Source of the DNA: Phoronis australis
Lineage: Eukaryota > Animalia > Phoronida
NCBI GenBank assembly: GCA_002633005.1
Contig: NMRA01000226.1
Location: 487,004-551,003 of the forward strand
Length of the DNA stretch: 64,000 bases
Direction: 5' to 3'
This document shows, one piece after another, positions 62,001 to 64,000 of this stretch. Numbering within the stretch: the first letter of the stretch is position 1; the number at the start of each line of letters is the position of its first letter. The notes beneath the pieces are model-generated. The model was not told the origin of the DNA and ran no database searches. It saw nothing but the letters and a program-made list of their open reading frames with translations. The position numbers were made by a program, and so were the translations under genes.

Positions 62001-62644
62001 GCTTGTTACAATGTTCTGTGCCAAATTCTCAATACAAGTCAAGTACAAAAACGACAACGTAGTTCAAGATGCCCGCAGATTCAAGATTGTTTGCATCATC
62101 CAGAAGCTACTTGAAACATAGCACACTTTCAGATGGTCTTCATGCCACAGGGACTCAAAGACATCCACTGCAGCAGGTATTACCATGACGCTAAATTAAA
62201 CCTCAAACAACAGGGAATGGAAAGACAGTCTCCATGGGGCAAACATCATACTCACAAGCCTTTCTTTGTCTTTGCTAGATTTGAAAAAGAATGTGATGCT
62301 GTGCAGCAGTGATGAGAGGTCACTGACTGGAACGGACGTCTTCTTTTGCACATCGTTTCTGACTTTGTCAAATAATGCACGGACTTGTACCTTTTGCTTG
62401 TCCCTGACCTTAGCTGATCTCCAGCATGCTTGAATCTTTACTGCACTTCTGATCTGATTCCTTAAGGCCTAGAACAAAGAAATCATTGATCTTCACAATT
62501 GATGAAACGGGTCAATTGGCTTGACAGTCTAGTTTATACTAAAACGATACACAATTGACAAAGTTTTGTTACAAGGCTTTTTAACGTTACCTCTCTTTGT
62601 ATTCTTGCATCTTGAGCTCTTAGTAGTAAAGCAGATTTCTGTTC
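41037..62644 (-). CDS. UBE3C: Ubiquitin-protein ligase E3C (IQ motif + HECT domain), 5'-partial, 1049 aa in window
   Basis: 21 phase-compatible GT-AG exons: 62644-62591, 62468-62256, 61397-61285, 60703-60552, 59748-59595, 58605-58361, 57782-57649, 56748-56570, 56067-55981, 53918-53767, 53358-53135, 52200-52096, 48940-48859, 48114-48020, 47212-47071, 46415-46171, 45226-45102, 44197-44008, 42850-42694, 41982-41852, 41207-41037; total 3150 nt. Motifs: IQ motif [50 protein letters not shown], and catalytic [15 protein letters not shown]...GAGFELS. The first coding exon was not found in the window. Confidence 0.96.
44897..44988. repeat. 23-bp tandem repeat x4 (GTCAGCAATAACAGTAACGTAGG-like)
   Basis: Four adjacent diverged units in a UBE3C intron. 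Confidence 0.8.
48626..48739 (+). repeat. Interspersed repeat fragment; second copy at ~26783-26895
   Basis: Direct similarity to the copy in the DMRT2 intron. Confidence 0.65.
49361..50912 (-). mobile_element. Kolobok-like DNA transposon remnant with a frameshifted THAP domain
   Basis: Perfect 14-bp TIR: ttaa|AGGAGAATGCCACC (49361-49374) and GGTGGCATTCTCCT (50899-50912). Left flank is TTAA; right flank is degenerate. The minus strand at ~50540-50780 gives ..PACPNC.., [18 protein letters not shown] and [11 protein letters not shown] across frameshifts, which is THAP-like. Confidence 0.65.
50944..51928. repeat. ~1-kb minisatellite, 26-30 bp unit (CATAATGGTCATCAACATAATTTTGTCCG)
   Basis: About 30-35 head-to-tail diverged units with no unique spacers. 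Confidence 0.95.
52663..53031. other. 184-bp near-identical duplication across a single N (52663-52846 / 52848-53031); probable haplotype-overlap artefact
   Basis: The copies differ at two positions I can see (accgcggt/accacggt and cccagatg/cccacatg) and meet at N52847. Confidence 0.85.
55420..55927. mobile_element. TA-flanked MITE (PIF/Harbinger-like TIR) with internal direct repeats
   Basis: ta|AAGGGCCTTTCATACT ... AATATGAAAGGGCCTT|ta. Internal CAGTATGAACGCTTAACTCCGGTCC occurs twice, plus a partial third copy. Confidence 0.8.
61715..61796. repeat. Inverted repeat resembling Penelope-like element terminal remnants
   Basis: AGTCCAATGTTTCG ... CGAAATGTTGGACT enclose a minus-strand CTGAGAA-TGGTTC-loop-GAACC-GAAAC motif. 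Confidence 0.35.
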
Positions 62645-64000
62645 CTGCAAAAACATGAAATTTGATTTTGAAATTGTGAGCACAGGACAAGCAATGTCTC
62701 GGTCTCTAATTTGGAGTTCAATGACAGCTCCATTATTCAGTGGAAGTAAAAATGTTCAACATTAAGTGAGTCTATGTGTCCCTTCTAGATCAGTCAAATA
62801 ATGTGGACCCAGTGTCATATCTGCATTCAGAATATACACCGTCTCAGTCTTGAATGTGCATATTTATTTGAAGAGTGCAATGCAATCGGTCAATTTTTTA
62901 GCCAACTTTGATTACTGTAACAGAGGATAGACCCTAGCACCTGACAAATAGTGCCGAAAATCTGTGACAGAGGGCTTGCAGATATCCACCTTAAATCATA
63001 ATTCAGTCAATTCATTCTGCCTTTTGGCTATTTGCCCTTTGGTATGTAAGCAAATGCACGCTGATATTCTTTAAAAAAAATATGAATAACCTGAATAAAC
63101 TGTGTTCTCCACAACCTGAAGATTCAGGGTGCAGTGTTAGCAACTTTAAGATATTCTTTAAAAAATGCTGAACAACCTGAATGAACAGTTATATTGACAT
63201 CTTTTTACTACATCGTTCACTACTTTAGCTGTGCTTTGTCATAACACAAATGACAAGAGTTAGATGACTATAGTACTCTTGTAACACAAGTCACAATACC
63301 AATAGGGCAATAGTCTGACCTGGCCTTATCCTTGGTACAAAGCTGTATAGTAAATATACAGCTTTGTGCCGATGTGGGTAAAAAAGTGGTAAGATGAAAT
63401 CTGACACAAAATTAGTGTCATTAAAAAACTAGTCTTCCTTGAGTAAACTAAATTATTTAACAAAGTTGGAAAAAATGGCGTTCTACTGTTATTCTGCTGC
63501 TTAAGTTGTGAAGCGATCTTTAGGGACGGCTTTCGGCGCCATGAAATATTGCATCACCTATTGGCCAGTTACTTTTTTGCCAATTCTTCAATCAACTGCT
63601 GTTCTTTGACGAGGTTGCGTACACGTCACAACAAATTATTGCAACTGGTTTCACTTCAATATAAGTTTTTAGAATTTTGATACCGAAAAACCGAATTTCA
63701 GAAGAAATTTTGCTGCTGCCAAGCTGTCATCATCTCCCGAGAGATGTTGCAAAACTTAGGAAATGGCGCGTGCACGTGTCACGAGCGTACTGTTTTCAAT
63801 ACGACGACATAACTTTTCTTTGTTAGAAAAGGTGGAGGATTACGCAAGAAAATGACGTTTATTAGATCGTTTTCCACTTAAACAGCTGTAACGGGCAAGG
63901 TGTCGTTTGATTCCCAGATTTTGCATGCAACCCGTCCGGTCTTTGGCTCTACAAGTTGATACAAGTTTCACGGCAATGAGACGAGCACAACTACCTTGGC

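Overview
AT-rich, intron-containing animal genomic DNA from a bilaterian, most likely a marine invertebrate; the species cannot be determined from this window. Five protein-coding genes are supported. (1) KEAP1 on the + strand, 4 coding exons, 4651-9023, 589 aa. (2) An intronless 839-aa, low-complexity ORF that I cannot assign to a family (-, 17100-19619). (3) A DMRT2/Dmrt11E-type DM-domain transcription factor (-, 3 exons, 310 aa) that also carries a DMA domain and a C-terminal eh1 motif. (4) An intronless, probably secreted WSC + 12-EGF protein (-, 35028-37190, 720 aa). (5) The HECT E3 ligase UBE3C (-, 21 exons traced by hand, 41037-62644; first exon not found in the window). Non-coding parts hold several MITE families (5-bp TSD or TA-flanked), a Kolobok-like remnant with a broken THAP domain, a ~1-kb minisatellite, and a HINE/DINE-1-like repeat carrying an array of co-oriented CTCF-like motifs. 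Two near-identical duplications around single N bases are most likely haplotype-overlap assembly artefacts. I found no clearly new multi-gene system. The best leads are the repeat-borne CTCF-motif array, the DMRT2+DMA+eh1 architecture, a consensus ARE upstream of the KEAP1 coding exon, and the two intronless genes. All family assignments come from manual reading and recalled motifs; no database searches were run.
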